Positions 39,982 through 50,331 of a stretch of DNA of 64,000 bases are shown piece by piece. The position numbers and the translations under genes are program-made. The notes under the pieces are model-generated. The model had not been told where the DNA came from. It saw only the letters and a program-made list of their open reading frames with translations, and did not search any database. The DNA is from Pseudomonadota bacterium (GTDB lineage Bacteria > Bdellovibrionota_C > UBA2361 > OMII01), in contig JAYPVM010000012.1 of assembly GCA_038134595.1 (NCBI GenBank), positions 16,332-80,331 of the forward strand, written 5' to 3'. How positions within the stretch are numbered: the stretch's first letter is position 1; the number at the start of each line of letters is the position of its first letter.

Positions 39982-41693
39982 TGCACTTGGCATACCGAAG
40001 CATACGAGCCTGTGCTCCCCTCGTCTCGCTTCCAAAGGTTATATCGCTGAAAAATCGCTTTTTTCGCGCCAGCACCTCTCTCTTTGGAGACTGGGCCGTC
40101 TTTGCCGTAACACTTATCTTGATAGCAGGATTCTACCTCTGCTCCCTTCATACATTAGCAGAATGGCAAACCAGTCCTGTCTATCAAGCAAACATTCCCC
40201 TCCTCGTTGGGACCCTCGTGTGTGCCGTAGGAATACTTGTGATCATCTCCTCGGCTGTAACGAGCATCGGCTCTCTTTTACTATCTCAGGATATGGAGCT
40301 TCTTCTGTCCGCTCCGATTCGGACATCTAAAATTGTCGGCGGAAAACTCTCGGAAGTTGCCTTAGCCACTTCATGGATGCTTCTTTTATTCCTGGTTCCT
40401 CCGTTTATAGCAGTTGGAAACTACTGGGGAGCGCCGAGTGAATATTACGCGTTATCGATCGTATTCTTTGTCGCAACAGTGTGGTTCTCAGCCGCTATCG
40501 GAATGATCATAGCGCTTCTTTTTTGCTCTATCATTTCTGCCAAAACTGGAAGAGCTATCTTAGCAGTGATGTTTGTTGGCACACTGATAGTTATAACTAT
40601 TTTAAGCAATCCCGGTCACGACGTCGGTGTGTTTTCACTTCTCTCTTCAACAGCTCATACATCTCATATAGAGATGGTAAAACAATATCCCTATCTACCG
40701 GCAGTCTGGATTGGTCGAGCCTTACGTCAATTACTAAACGGCAGCACTTCCCCTATTCTGCTCATCATAGCCATTATCTTCCTCTTAAACATTGCACTAA
40801 CAACCGGCCTTAACTGGCTCTATACCAAACTGTATTCCCGAGCCTATACGCATCTTCAAAACTCCTCTAGCGGCGAAATTTCTCTAAGGCTGCCACGATC
40901 CTTTGATAGAAAACTTTTCTTCAAGTGGATGAGTCGGCCCCGCTTCGCTCTCATTACACGTGAGTTTTTTTCTTTTAGTCGCGATCTGACTCAAACAATT
41001 CAAATGGGAATGCTGTTATCGATCTGCATCCTGTATCTCTTCAATATTGGCCGGCTTGAATACCCCAGCAATGTTGGAGTAACCATGCTTCAAGCATGGG
41101 ATGTTATTACGGTGCTTTTGTGCTTTCTCTTAAGCTCTCTCATAACGCTCTCAATATGTTCTCGATTCGTTTTTCCGTCTATTTCTCTAGAAGGAAAAAC
41201 CCTATGGATTTTACAATCCTCTCCACTCTCATCCTCGGAGATATTACGTGCAAAGTATCTCGCTTGGCTTGTGCCGACTGCGCTAATCGGCATGGTTATA
41301 TTTATGTCAGGAGGATTCGCTCTCGGACTCCCTCCCATTATCCTTCTCCTATTAGTTGTAATGGGTCTGATTATTACCAGAACGCTTGTTGCCCTTGCTA
41401 TCGGCATGGGAACTCGCTTTGCATTCTTTGAGTGGGAACACCCCACACAACTTGCCACCACAGTGGGTAACTTCTTGTTTCTAAGCTCGGGGGTCGCCAT
41501 TGTGGGAATCCAAACTAGTATCGCAGCCATGGTGTTCGGCGCCTACTATTTCCTTCCAGAGCTCTTTAATACACCCATTCACCGCAGCATCCTCTTTGCA
41601 TTCGGGATCGCGTCGCTACTTGTAGTGCATACGTTTACCGCAAAGGTAGCTTTGCGTATTGGAATCCGCGCCCTCGATAATCTCTATGAATGA
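39981..41693 (+). CDS. Putative ABC exporter permease (duplicated ABC-2-type membrane domain)
   Basis: 570 aa with about 12-14 TM segments; LLLSAPI and ISLEGKTLWILQSSPLS…ILRAK motifs; translationally coupled to the ATPase gene. Confidence 0.82.
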   Translation: MHLAYRSIRACAPLVSLPKVISLKNRFFRASTSLFGDWAVFAVTLILIAGFYLCSLHTLAEWQTSPVYQANIPLLVGTLVCAVGILVIISSAVTSIGSLLLSQDMELLLSAPIRTSKIVGGKLSEVALATSWMLLLFLVPPFIAVGNYWGAPSEYYALSIVFFVATVWFSAAIGMIIALLFCSIISAKTGRAILAVMFVGTLIVITILSNPGHDVGVFSLLSSTAHTSHIEMVKQYPYLPAVWIGRALRQLLNGSTSPILLIIAIIFLLNIALTTGLNWLYTKLYSRAYTHLQNSSSGEISLRLPRSFDRKLFFKWMSRPRFALITREFFSFSRDLTQTIQMGMLLSICILYLFNIGRLEYPSNVGVTMLQAWDVITVLLCFLLSSLITLSICSRFVFPSISLEGKTLWILQSSPLSSSEILRAKYLAWLVPTALIGMVIFMSGGFALGLPPIILLLLVVMGLIITRTLVALAIGMGTRFAFFEWEHPTQLATTVGNFLFLSSGVAIVGIQTSIAAMVFGAYYFLPELFNTPIHRSILFAFGIASLLVVHTFTAKVALRIGIRALDNLYE

Positions 41694-41769
41694 TCGAATG
41701 CTACTCGTGTGAACATTGCCTCCGGCTACATCTTTGTGTCATTCTTGAGTGGTCACATGATTTCACGCA

Positions 41770-42852
41770 ATGCTTATGAAACCCGCAGCCATCGTTCGAA
41801 CCTCGAATCGCCTCAACCTTGACTACAAACGTGAAGCATCACAGTTTCCGTCCCTACAAGGGGGCATTATCGATATCCATTCGCATCTTGAAGGAAAACA
41901 AGCTACAACGCTCTACGCTGAGGCTGCAAAACATTATGGAATCTCGAAAACGTATTCGATGACCGCCCTTCATGAAATCCCCACGGTTCGCTCCGTCTTA
42001 CACGAGGCAGTTTCATTTATCGCCATTCCAAATTTTCGCGCTGGTGATATCACACAAAGCTTTGGGCCTGAGTTTGTTTCGCAACTTCCCTCATTTCAAA
42101 AACATGGGGCTAGAATTGCTAAGTTTTGGAATGCCCCGAGGATATACGAAGCTTCAAACGAGCCGTTTCACCAAAGTCCATTAAGAATTAACTCACCGCT
42201 TCGCAAGGACACCATGAAATGCGCCGCTGATTTGGGCATGTGCTTTATGGCTCATATTGCTGACCCAGACACGTGGTTTTCGACAAAATACAAAGATGCT
42301 CAGCGATACGGAACAAAGCAGGAGCAGTATGAGTTATTTGAAGACGTGTTATCGGAATTCCAAGTGCCTTGGATAGCAGCTCATATGGGTGGCTATCCGG
42401 AAGATTTGCAGTTCTTAAGTAAACTTTTGTCTCGTAACAAAAACCTCTACCTGGACTGTAGTGCTACAAAGTGGATTGTGCGAGAGCTAAGCAAACATCC
42501 GCTCGAAGACGTTCGAGATTTTTTCACGAAATGGGAGGGGCGACTTCTGTTTGGCTCAGACATAGTAGCTCGTGAATCGCACCTATCAAACGCATCAAGT
42601 CAAAACGAAATGGACTCCAAAGCCTCCTCTACAATAGAAGCATTCGACCTCTATGCCTCACGTTATTGGGCTCTTCGAACTCTCCTTGAAACAGGCTATG
42701 TAGGTGAGTCACCAATTTCAGATCCAGACCTTCACCTTGTCGATGCAGATACATACACCCCGTCGGATGCTCCGATGCTACGAGGTGTCGCTCTCGCGGC
42801 AGAAACACTACAAAAATTATATAGAACGACCGCGGAAGAACTAGGTATGTGA
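41770..42852 (+). CDS. Amidohydrolase superfamily (TIM-barrel) metal-dependent hydrolase
   Basis: IDIHSH, MAHIAD, AAHMGG, LFGSD. Confidence 0.8.
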   Translation: MLMKPAAIVRTSNRLNLDYKREASQFPSLQGGIIDIHSHLEGKQATTLYAEAAKHYGISKTYSMTALHEIPTVRSVLHEAVSFIAIPNFRAGDITQSFGPEFVSQLPSFQKHGARIAKFWNAPRIYEASNEPFHQSPLRINSPLRKDTMKCAADLGMCFMAHIADPDTWFSTKYKDAQRYGTKQEQYELFEDVLSEFQVPWIAAHMGGYPEDLQFLSKLLSRNKNLYLDCSATKWIVRELSKHPLEDVRDFFTKWEGRLLFGSDIVARESHLSNASSQNEMDSKASSTIEAFDLYASRYWALRTLLETGYVGESPISDPDLHLVDADTYTPSDAPMLRGVALAAETLQKLYRTTAEELGM

Positions 42853-42911
42853 TACGGCATCCCGCACTTTATCCATCCCACAGCTTTTGGGGCACATCTT
42901 AGTGGGCGTAC

Positions 42912-43454
42912 CTAGTATACTGAGCCACTCTGACACTCACGCAAGGTATCTTGTGCATCTTCTAATCTAGACTCTGCAATAGCCACTCTCTCTTGCGCGG
43001 TCGTTATCCGCTGAGCACTTCGGTAAAGATAACCTTGTGCATATGTGGCATACGAATTGTATCGAGCTACTGCACTGTTTACCCGATACTGCGCCTGTAG
43101 ACTTCTGTTTCTGGCCGCATATACTGCCGAACCAATACAGCTACTGCTTCTCCAAAAAAACAATGTGCGAACGATACAACGAGCGGTATTGCCAGCAGAT
43201 AGGCTGTTTACTCTACTTAAATTATAACGAGCCAAATCAATCTGGTACTGGTAGGCATTTAGCCTCCTGCTTACCATATCCTGTGTTCGGTAATACGAAT
43301 CTTGAGCCTGATTTACATTCGACTGGGCTCGTGACACCTCTGATGATGCGCGAGAAACGTTGTACTCCTCGTAACGACACGAGTTCGCAAATGCTGTTTC
43401 CTGAACAGCGAGCAAACTCATAAGACTTACAATAGAAAAGAGAACTCTGGTCAT
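42912..43454 (-). CDS. Secreted coiled-coil protein with four Cys
   Basis: Signal peptide ending AFA; long heptad helices flank CIVRTLFFWRSSSC. Confidence 0.7.
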   Translation of the reverse strand: MTRVLFSIVSLMSLLAVQETAFANSCRYEEYNVSRASSEVSRAQSNVNQAQDSYYRTQDMVSRRLNAYQYQIDLARYNLSRVNSLSAGNTARCIVRTLFFWRSSSCIGSAVYAARNRSLQAQYRVNSAVARYNSYATYAQGYLYRSAQRITTAQERVAIAESRLEDAQDTLRECQSGSVY

Positions 43455-43717
43455 GGCGGTTTCTCCAGATTTTTAAATGTCACAAAACATAAGTAGTAAA
43501 ACACGGGTATAGTACCAAAACACTCTGACTAATCAATTGTGAATCTAATTCTCCTAATTTCAGTATGTTACATAACTACTCTTGCCCTCTCACTCAAGAT
43601 TCCCCCCTCGCGGTACCTAATAGTGGTACGGTTACCACTGAGCAATTTGGTATACTTAAATGAAGCGGCATGAAGCGTCGCAGCTAGAGCCACAATGAAC
43701 CAATCAAGGATTACGTC

Positions 43718-44887
43718 ATGCCAAGTCATCCCCAGTCTGTCACCATCGAACCAATCAATCTTGAAAGTTATCAGTCTGTGCACGAGGGAGATCCGCTGGC
43801 TATCAATGGTTTTGAATACATTGAACTGTACGCCGATTGTGAAAAGCAGAGTGCTTTTTTTCTCTCCAGAGCGTTTGGATTTACACCGGTAGCCTACAAA
43901 GGATTAGAAACTGGCAGCAAAGACAAAGCGTGCGTAATACTGAAGCAAGGTAACGTCCGTCTTGTTATCTCATCTCCCCTTCACTCTGATACCGAGATTT
44001 CACAGCACGTATATAAACATGGATTTTCGGTCAAGGATGTAGCATTTAATGTCCCTGATGCCGTCCTTGCATATCAGGAGGCTCTTGCTCGAGGAGCAAC
44101 AGGTATCATCGCGCCCGAGCGACTAACTGATGATCATGGAACCTTGATTCGGTCGGCTATCCAGACCTATGGAGATACTATTCACTCCTTCATCTCGCGA
44201 GATAGTTATCCAGAAGATCTACTACCTGGATTCGTAGCGTATGGAAAAATATTCCCAAACTCTCCAGAGATATCGAGTGCTGGATTGCTCTGTATCGACC
44301 ATGTTGTCGGGAATGTCGAACTCGGAAAGATGGACCATTGGGTTTCTTTTTATGAAAACATCCTAGGATTCTCTCAGCTAACTCACTTTACCGATGACGA
44401 CATCTCGACCGAATATTCAGCACTCATGTCAAAGGTCATGTTCAATGGCAACGGTAAGATCAAACTCCCTATTAATGAGCCTGCCGAAGGTAAGCGTAAG
44501 TCACAAATCGAAGAATACTTGGAATACAATGAGGGGCCAGGCGTTCAACATATAGCATTTCGTACTGATAATATCATCGACACTGTGTCAAATTTACGAA
44601 AGAACGGCGTGCGCTTCCTATTTGTTCCTAAAACGTATTACGAACAGATTCCCGATAGAATCGGCGAGATAAAAGAGGATCTGGAAACAATTCAGACCCT
44701 GGGAATCCTCGTCGACCGAGATGAAGATGGATATCTGCTCCAAATCTTTACCAAAACTCTTGAAGACCGCCCGACGCTATTTTTTGAAATTATTCAACGC
44801 GAGGGATCACAGGGCTTCGGCGTTGGTAATTTCAAGGCACTCTTCGAAGCGATTGAACGAGACCAAGCAGAGCGAGGAAATCTTTAA
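43718..44887 (+). CDS. hppD: 4-hydroxyphenylpyruvate dioxygenase
   Basis: IDHVVGNV, EYSALMSKV, GPGVQHIA, YLLQIFTK, FFEIIQR, GFGVGNFKALFEAIE. Confidence 0.96.
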   Translation: MPSHPQSVTIEPINLESYQSVHEGDPLAINGFEYIELYADCEKQSAFFLSRAFGFTPVAYKGLETGSKDKACVILKQGNVRLVISSPLHSDTEISQHVYKHGFSVKDVAFNVPDAVLAYQEALARGATGIIAPERLTDDHGTLIRSAIQTYGDTIHSFISRDSYPEDLLPGFVAYGKIFPNSPEISSAGLLCIDHVVGNVELGKMDHWVSFYENILGFSQLTHFTDDDISTEYSALMSKVMFNGNGKIKLPINEPAEGKRKSQIEEYLEYNEGPGVQHIAFRTDNIIDTVSNLRKNGVRFLFVPKTYYEQIPDRIGEIKEDLETIQTLGILVDRDEDGYLLQIFTKTLEDRPTLFFEIIQREGSQGFGVGNFKALFEAIERDQAERGNL

Positions 44888-44915
44888 GTGCATAACCTAC
44901 GTACGTCACTCAGTA

Positions 44916-46382
44916 TCAGCGGACCATAAAAAACGGAAATGATCTTGTTTGCCAAACCTTTAACTCGCGCTCAAGTTTGGTTTTGTTGCGGAATAGGTCT
45001 CCAAATCCACTGCACCCAATAATTTCGCTCATGTCCTTGTTCAACGTATTGAGCTTATGAAGTAGTGGGCTACGCTGCTCTGCTGTAGAGCATTCCGCAA
45101 GTGCTTGCCTGATACTACCTCGTTGGGCATCAAGCTCCGTAATCAGCTCTTTCTCCTCACTGGTGAATATTCCGACCTGAAAAAACGACTGTGGACGTGC
45201 TGTAATCTCCTTTTGTTGGCTGGCATAGATACTGGTGCGCTCTAAATCGTTAAGACGCTCTGGTGCAATGTACCGAGTAGCCGATGCGACAACGAAACGA
45301 GGAAGCTTTACACCCCATAGATTCTCAGCAAATTCATCAACAAATCTATCGTACTTGGCACCGCCAATACCATGCACAAATAAATCACAGCAAAAAGCTC
45401 GAAGAAATAGCGTTGTAATGCTTCCCCTCGACACGATTTCGCCTGAAGAAGGTTGCTGTTGTTCTTCTTCAACTTTATAACTCTTTCGCTTTCCGTCTTC
45501 GATACGCCACAACGGTAATTCACACTCTCTCGCGGTGACAGTGAGGTTGGGAAATGGATTTGCTTTATTCGAGATGTTGTGACTTTCTCTGTACTCATCA
45601 AGAGTTGTATTATAGCACCTGACTACCCGCCGGGGCTCCGCGCAGAAATGCTTTAAAACTTGCCTGAAGCCATCTAGTCGAAACAGAGAAGAAAGAGGCA
45701 CCTCAGGCATTACAAATCCCTGTAAGGCCCATCGGACGATGGTATGGGCATGCAGGACAGACCTTCCCGCAAACCGTTCATAGAGAGCTAGAGCACGGGC
45801 CGCCCGATCTGCCTCCTCTTGCAATCCTACATTGATGAGCCCCCGCTGGATCTGCTCACTACAGGCTAGGAGTTCTTTGGAATGAACAATAGTATGTTGA
45901 CGAAAAATCTTGTCGGTCGGCTCTGTGATAGATCCCCGCGCCAGCTCTATCGCATCATTGGCTCGTGCAGGCCATACGAGCTCTCCACTATCACCACAGT
46001 CGGTGTCAATCACTACATGGACACCGTACGCTTGCGTTACCTGTACAACATTCTGGTGCGCCCGTGCCTTAGCAAGAAGTCCATGATGATATACTACCGG
46101 CTGATGTCCAGACATGATAAGCAAGGAGTTCCCATCGGAACACCTCTCAGAAACGTGTTCCGCTACTGAAATACCCACCTCTTGAGCGATAGAGCGGAGT
46201 TCCGCGGTATACCGCTCAGTTGCTTCAATCACCTCCTCTCGTATCTGCTGGCAAAGCGGCGCGCCCAGTATATTAAAGAGTTCAGTGCGATTCTTTTGAT
46301 TCGCTTTCAGCACCTCTGGCCAATGCTTGAAATCAGGATTACAGGTCCAACTCTCTTGATACGTCTCGGTTGTGCTCATCAT
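44916..46382 (-). CDS. Uncharacterised protein, possibly BshC-like / nucleotidyltransferase fold with C-terminal coiled coil
   Basis: MSGHQP..YHHG..AK, VIDTD, DLFVHGIGGAKYD and a C-terminal helical hairpin. Family assignment is tentative. Confidence 0.5.
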   Translation of the reverse strand: MMSTTETYQESWTCNPDFKHWPEVLKANQKNRTELFNILGAPLCQQIREEVIEATERYTAELRSIAQEVGISVAEHVSERCSDGNSLLIMSGHQPVVYHHGLLAKARAHQNVVQVTQAYGVHVVIDTDCGDSGELVWPARANDAIELARGSITEPTDKIFRQHTIVHSKELLACSEQIQRGLINVGLQEEADRAARALALYERFAGRSVLHAHTIVRWALQGFVMPEVPLSSLFRLDGFRQVLKHFCAEPRRVVRCYNTTLDEYRESHNISNKANPFPNLTVTARECELPLWRIEDGKRKSYKVEEEQQQPSSGEIVSRGSITTLFLRAFCCDLFVHGIGGAKYDRFVDEFAENLWGVKLPRFVVASATRYIAPERLNDLERTSIYASQQKEITARPQSFFQVGIFTSEEKELITELDAQRGSIRQALAECSTAEQRSPLLHKLNTLNKDMSEIIGCSGFGDLFRNKTKLERELKVWQTRSFPFFMVR

Positions 46383-46461
46383 AATAGAGGAAGCCTACAC
46401 GGATCTTCAAAGGCATTCCAGTCTACGAATCACTATGTCATGAACCCAAGGCTATCGTAGC

Positions 46462-47448
46462 CTACACATAATCTAAGATCGTTAGTCGAAGAATCTTCGC
46501 GGTAACAGAGTACGAGGCCTGAAGAGCTGTTTGAGCTTGCTGTAGATTGGCGGCGACTTCGGTCTCATCTGCGTCCTGCATACGACTCAGTACCTCTCGA
46601 GCTGAATTCTTAGTAAGCTCAAGTAGCGCTTCGCCAGTTTCGAGTCGACGTAGTCGTCCACCAAGCGAAACCCGTTCAGGAATCATATCCACATCTCTGG
46701 CCGTGTTTAGGAGGTCAATAGTAGCCTTGATGTCTTCGGTTTGCGTGTGGAAATCATCGGGAAATGTATAGGCTGCGCCCGTACCGTCTGGAGTCCCCGA
46801 TGCGGGCAGTGTGGTATATCCGGATAGCGTGCGTGCCAACCGCTCCAACGCCTCCATACTAGTTCCAAACAACTCATCTGCGGGGGTATTCAGGTTAACC
46901 GAAATAGTATCGGTTACCTTAACACTCTTTGTGCCATCTTTACCTGGATTACCATCAAACACCCAACGCACCGAAGCGAGTCCGTCAGTCGGCTCGTCGT
47001 AGCTATTTTGATCAAATGGCGCGTCAGCATCATCAGTACCGCCGTATACATAGCGCCCCTGATACGTAGAGTTAGCGAGGTTAGCCATCTGATCGCGAAT
47101 CTGAAACACCTCTTCCGCTAGTTGTGCACGAGAGGTTTCATTGAGTGTTTCGTTCGCTCCTTGCTGCGCTATCTCCTTTGCACGTACGATTAATTCGGTA
47201 GCTTGACTAACGATATTGTCCTGAAATTGCAAAAACCCCATCGTTTGCGCAATCGTGCTGGAGTACGAATCGATCTTTTCTATTTGTTGTTTATACCGGC
47301 TAATTGCGCCTGCATCGACTGCATCGCTTGGCTTGCTAACTTTGACGCCGCTAGTTAATTGGTTGGAGAGATCGTTTAATCTTCTCTTATTCTCCAAAGC
47401 TTGCGAAACAAGGCTTCGAACACTTTGATTTTCAGATACTCGTATCAT
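46462..47448 (-). CDS. flgL: Flagellar hook-associated protein 3
   Basis: MIRVS…QLTSGVKVSKPSD, LANSTYQGRYVYGG, ALQASY…LTILDYV; overlaps the flgK stop. Confidence 0.93.
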   Translation of the reverse strand: MIRVSENQSVRSLVSQALENKRRLNDLSNQLTSGVKVSKPSDAVDAGAISRYKQQIEKIDSYSSTIAQTMGFLQFQDNIVSQATELIVRAKEIAQQGANETLNETSRAQLAEEVFQIRDQMANLANSTYQGRYVYGGTDDADAPFDQNSYDEPTDGLASVRWVFDGNPGKDGTKSVKVTDTISVNLNTPADELFGTSMEALERLARTLSGYTTLPASGTPDGTGAAYTFPDDFHTQTEDIKATIDLLNTARDVDMIPERVSLGGRLRRLETGEALLELTKNSAREVLSRMQDADETEVAANLQQAQTALQASYSVTAKILRLTILDYV

Positions 47449-49085
47449 ATCAAGCTCACAATTGTGTCTATTATTTCAGAAGCGGTTCTAATCATTCTCG
47501 CAGAGGCTTGAAATGCTTTCTGATACTTAATGACATTTGCAAATTCCTCATCGAGACTTACCGATGAGAACTCATCTCTCTTTGTTTGAGCCGAAAGCAA
47601 ATTTGCTTCGGCCACTTGGTACTCATTTTGAGCGGCCGCCTTCAGGCTTCCGATAATACTGACCGACGAGTTGTATAACTCATCAAATGTTCCGGTAAAT
47701 GTTCCTTGTACGAGATCAAATGCAAAGACTTGGGTCCTTAAATCAGCGAGCGCGACTGCATTGTCGCCATTACCCCCAACAAAAGCTGTCGAGCCATCTG
47801 CTGAATCAACGTCTCTACCGGCTGCAAACTCATCGGGGGTCGAGAATCCCATCCGTAAGATAGATGAAAAACTATCGATGCCACTAGCTGTTAGATCGGC
47901 AATCGTGGCAATTCCATCTCCGTCGGCATCCTTGACACCAGAGAAGTCAAAATCGAAGAGACCAAAAACATCGGGTGGATTGCCGTTTAGATCTGCACTA
48001 CTAGGCTCAAACCCCGGCGTTGTTGTATCTTCATCGTTACCCCGATACACCTGATTGATACTAGTGAGTAAGGTCTTTGTCACAGCTTCAATCCGAGCAG
48101 CCATTCTAACAAGGTCGCCATCAGCCTCATACGCACTCGTGTTTGACGTATCCGCTGTACCCCGCAACTCCAGAACACCACCAAGAGCCCCTTCGCCATT
48201 TTTTATCACCGAAGTAAGATCCAAGTGCGATGGAGCTGTCTCGCTCCCAAAATTATAAACAACATAGCTTAGTACTCCTCCACTGAGTGAAGGGGGTAAA
48301 TCACCGGAAGCAAAACTTGGAGTAGTCGTAACCTCAAGCGGCCGTGAGGTGCTTTGATGCACGAGAGGAAACCCATTCTCTAAATACAGGTTAATCGCGC
48401 CATTGGGGGTTTCAAGGATATCAAATGAGATTTTTTCTGAAAGCTTGTTGAGTAATACATCCCGCTGATCACGCTCATCAATAGCAGAAACTCCAACTGC
48501 TTCACGTTGCGCCACAATATGATTTAGACCAGCAATTTCTTGTGTTAGTGAATTAATGATACTTACCTGCTGGCCGACCTGATAATTAAGCTCGTCCTGA
48601 GCGGCGGCGATTTCTTGAAATGTGTTGTTAATAACAGTTACTAAGTCTTGTCCCCGTTGGAGGACATTCAGACGAAGATCGAGGTTAGATGGGTCAACTC
48701 CTACTTCGTTTAGTGAAGAGAAGAAATCATTCATCGCAGTACCCACCGTCATCTGGGGGCCGGATAGATTAAATACATTTTCAACACGTGCAAGGTAGTC
48801 ATTCTTGATAAGGGCTGCACCCTGCTGAGAAGATGCTGTACGCAGGGAGCCCTCAAGAAACTTGTTCGTTAGCCGCTGCACCTCACCTAATTGAACTCCA
48901 CTTCCTATTCGTAAGATACCATCCAAGGTAGCTGGGTCAGAACGTGTTTGAATTGCAATCTCTCGACGGGTGTATCCGGGAGTATTTACGTTCGCGATAT
49001 TGTTTGAAGAATTGGCAAGAAGCGCTTGCTGAGCGGTCATCGCTGAGACTGAATTACCCAATATTTTCGAGCTGAAATTGGTCAT
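47445..49085 (-). CDS. flgK: Flagellar hook-associated protein 1
   Basis: SNNIANVNTPGYTR, DQRD.LL..LS, VSLDEEFANVIKYQKAFQASARMI. Confidence 0.95.
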   Translation of the reverse strand: MTNFSSKILGNSVSAMTAQQALLANSSNNIANVNTPGYTRREIAIQTRSDPATLDGILRIGSGVQLGEVQRLTNKFLEGSLRTASSQQGAALIKNDYLARVENVFNLSGPQMTVGTAMNDFFSSLNEVGVDPSNLDLRLNVLQRGQDLVTVINNTFQEIAAAQDELNYQVGQQVSIINSLTQEIAGLNHIVAQREAVGVSAIDERDQRDVLLNKLSEKISFDILETPNGAINLYLENGFPLVHQSTSRPLEVTTTPSFASGDLPPSLSGGVLSYVVYNFGSETAPSHLDLTSVIKNGEGALGGVLELRGTADTSNTSAYEADGDLVRMAARIEAVTKTLLTSINQVYRGNDEDTTTPGFEPSSADLNGNPPDVFGLFDFDFSGVKDADGDGIATIADLTASGIDSFSSILRMGFSTPDEFAAGRDVDSADGSTAFVGGNGDNAVALADLRTQVFAFDLVQGTFTGTFDELYNSSVSIIGSLKAAAQNEYQVAEANLLSAQTKRDEFSSVSLDEEFANVIKYQKAFQASARMIRTASEIIDTIVSLI

Positions 49086-49141
49086 ATTCTATGCGCTTTA
49101 GGAGGCAAAAATTGCCGCTTCTATTGCCTTACAGATAGTAG

Positions 49142-49158
49142 AGCAACGTTTGTGCCGA
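49142..49158 (-). promoter_or_regulatory. Candidate sigma54 (-24/-12) promoter for flgKL
   Basis: Minus strand reads TCGGCACAAACGTTGCT (GGCAC-N5-TTGC), about 57 nt upstream of the flgK ATG. Confidence 0.72.
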
Positions 49159-49305
49159 ATACGTATCCAATCCGAAAAAGCCATGTATTTCGCATACAAA
49201 TGCCGTCAAGAGGCGCTCTTTTCTGGAGAGAAATACGCCGATAGACGGCTAGAGAAGAGCCTCTCTCTTTCTTGGATTTTTAAGCGGCATCCGGTCGATT
49301 GGTAG

Positions 49306-49830
49306 TTACGCCTGCCCTAGCAATGAACCTGTCCTGGGAGCACTCGGTTCAACTGCTTCCTGCACAGTACCAAATGAATTGTAGACACGGTTTACATTCT
49401 GACTGGCTGACCAGAGAAGTGATATCTCTCCGTTTACCATTCCAAGCGAAAACTGCAGTACTTGGCTAAACTCACTTGTGGCTCGTTCAACAACCGCTAC
49501 AGCAGCTTTTATCCTTTGTATTAGAGATTCTAGCATGCGCTTATCACGAGGCTCTTCCATGATCTCTACAATCTCTGAGAGGCGGATGGGCTCATCGTAC
49601 TCATCGGAAAATGATGCGGTAAGTTCCAAACGGCGGTCTTTGAGCTCACCTAGCTTCTCTGTGATTTCGTGCCGTTTTTCACTGTATTGGGAAACTTCAT
49701 CGGACTTGAGTCGTACGATACAATCCTGCTCTTTTTTCAGGACTGCAACGTATTGCTCATATAGAACAAGCTCTTGCTCCAAGAGCTTTTCAAGCGTGCG
49801 ACTCGCTTTAGAATTAAAGGCCATGGACAT
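49306..49830 (-). CDS. flgN: Flagellar export chaperone FlgN
   Basis: Helical protein with LEQELVLYEQY..VLKKEQ; position between flgM and flgK. Confidence 0.75.
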   Translation of the reverse strand: MSMAFNSKASRTLEKLLEQELVLYEQYVAVLKKEQDCIVRLKSDEVSQYSEKRHEITEKLGELKDRRLELTASFSDEYDEPIRLSEIVEIMEEPRDKRMLESLIQRIKAAVAVVERATSEFSQVLQFSLGMVNGEISLLWSASQNVNRVYNSFGTVQEAVEPSAPRTGSLLGQA

Positions 49831-49962
49831 ACTCCCGAAAATAGCCGAACAACCAACGATCTACGACCGCTTACAAACGACCAATTAGCTTCCGAGCCAC
49901 TTTGCAATCATCCATGATTGTATTGAAAAATACTGCGATACGACACTTCTACAACAAAACTA

Positions 49963-50331
49963 CTATCCTTCGTTTTCTCGAAGCGCTCCTCCACCGAATA
50001 GAACCTCGAGAGATATCTCCTCTCCGATGGATGCCGCTACTAAATTAGTAGCTGGCGAATACGTGCCATTTTGAATCTGATCTTTGAGGGCTGCAACTTT
50101 TTGAGCGCGCTCATCCGCCATTGTACTAGGATTTAACTCTTGCTTTAAGAGGGCCCCGAGAGATGAAATTGTCATAGTATCTTGCTTGGTCGTCTTAGCA
50201 AGTTCTGCCGCAAGTCCTCCCTGAGCACCTGCATCTCGTGAGATTCTCTGTCCCGCTGTCTGGTCGGATACGCGCTGTGCCTCAGTCTGGGCCTTAATTT
50301 GACTGTTTCTCTCTGAGCCGGGAACTTTCAT
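49963..50331 (-). CDS. flgM: Anti-sigma28 factor FlgM
   Basis: D.MTISS and ERAQKVAALKDQIQNGTY…VAASI; ATG 50331 with GAGG RBS. Confidence 0.85.
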   Translation of the reverse strand: MKVPGSERNSQIKAQTEAQRVSDQTAGQRISRDAGAQGGLAAELAKTTKQDTMTISSLGALLKQELNPSTMADERAQKVAALKDQIQNGTYSPATNLVAASIGEEISLEVLFGGGALRENEG

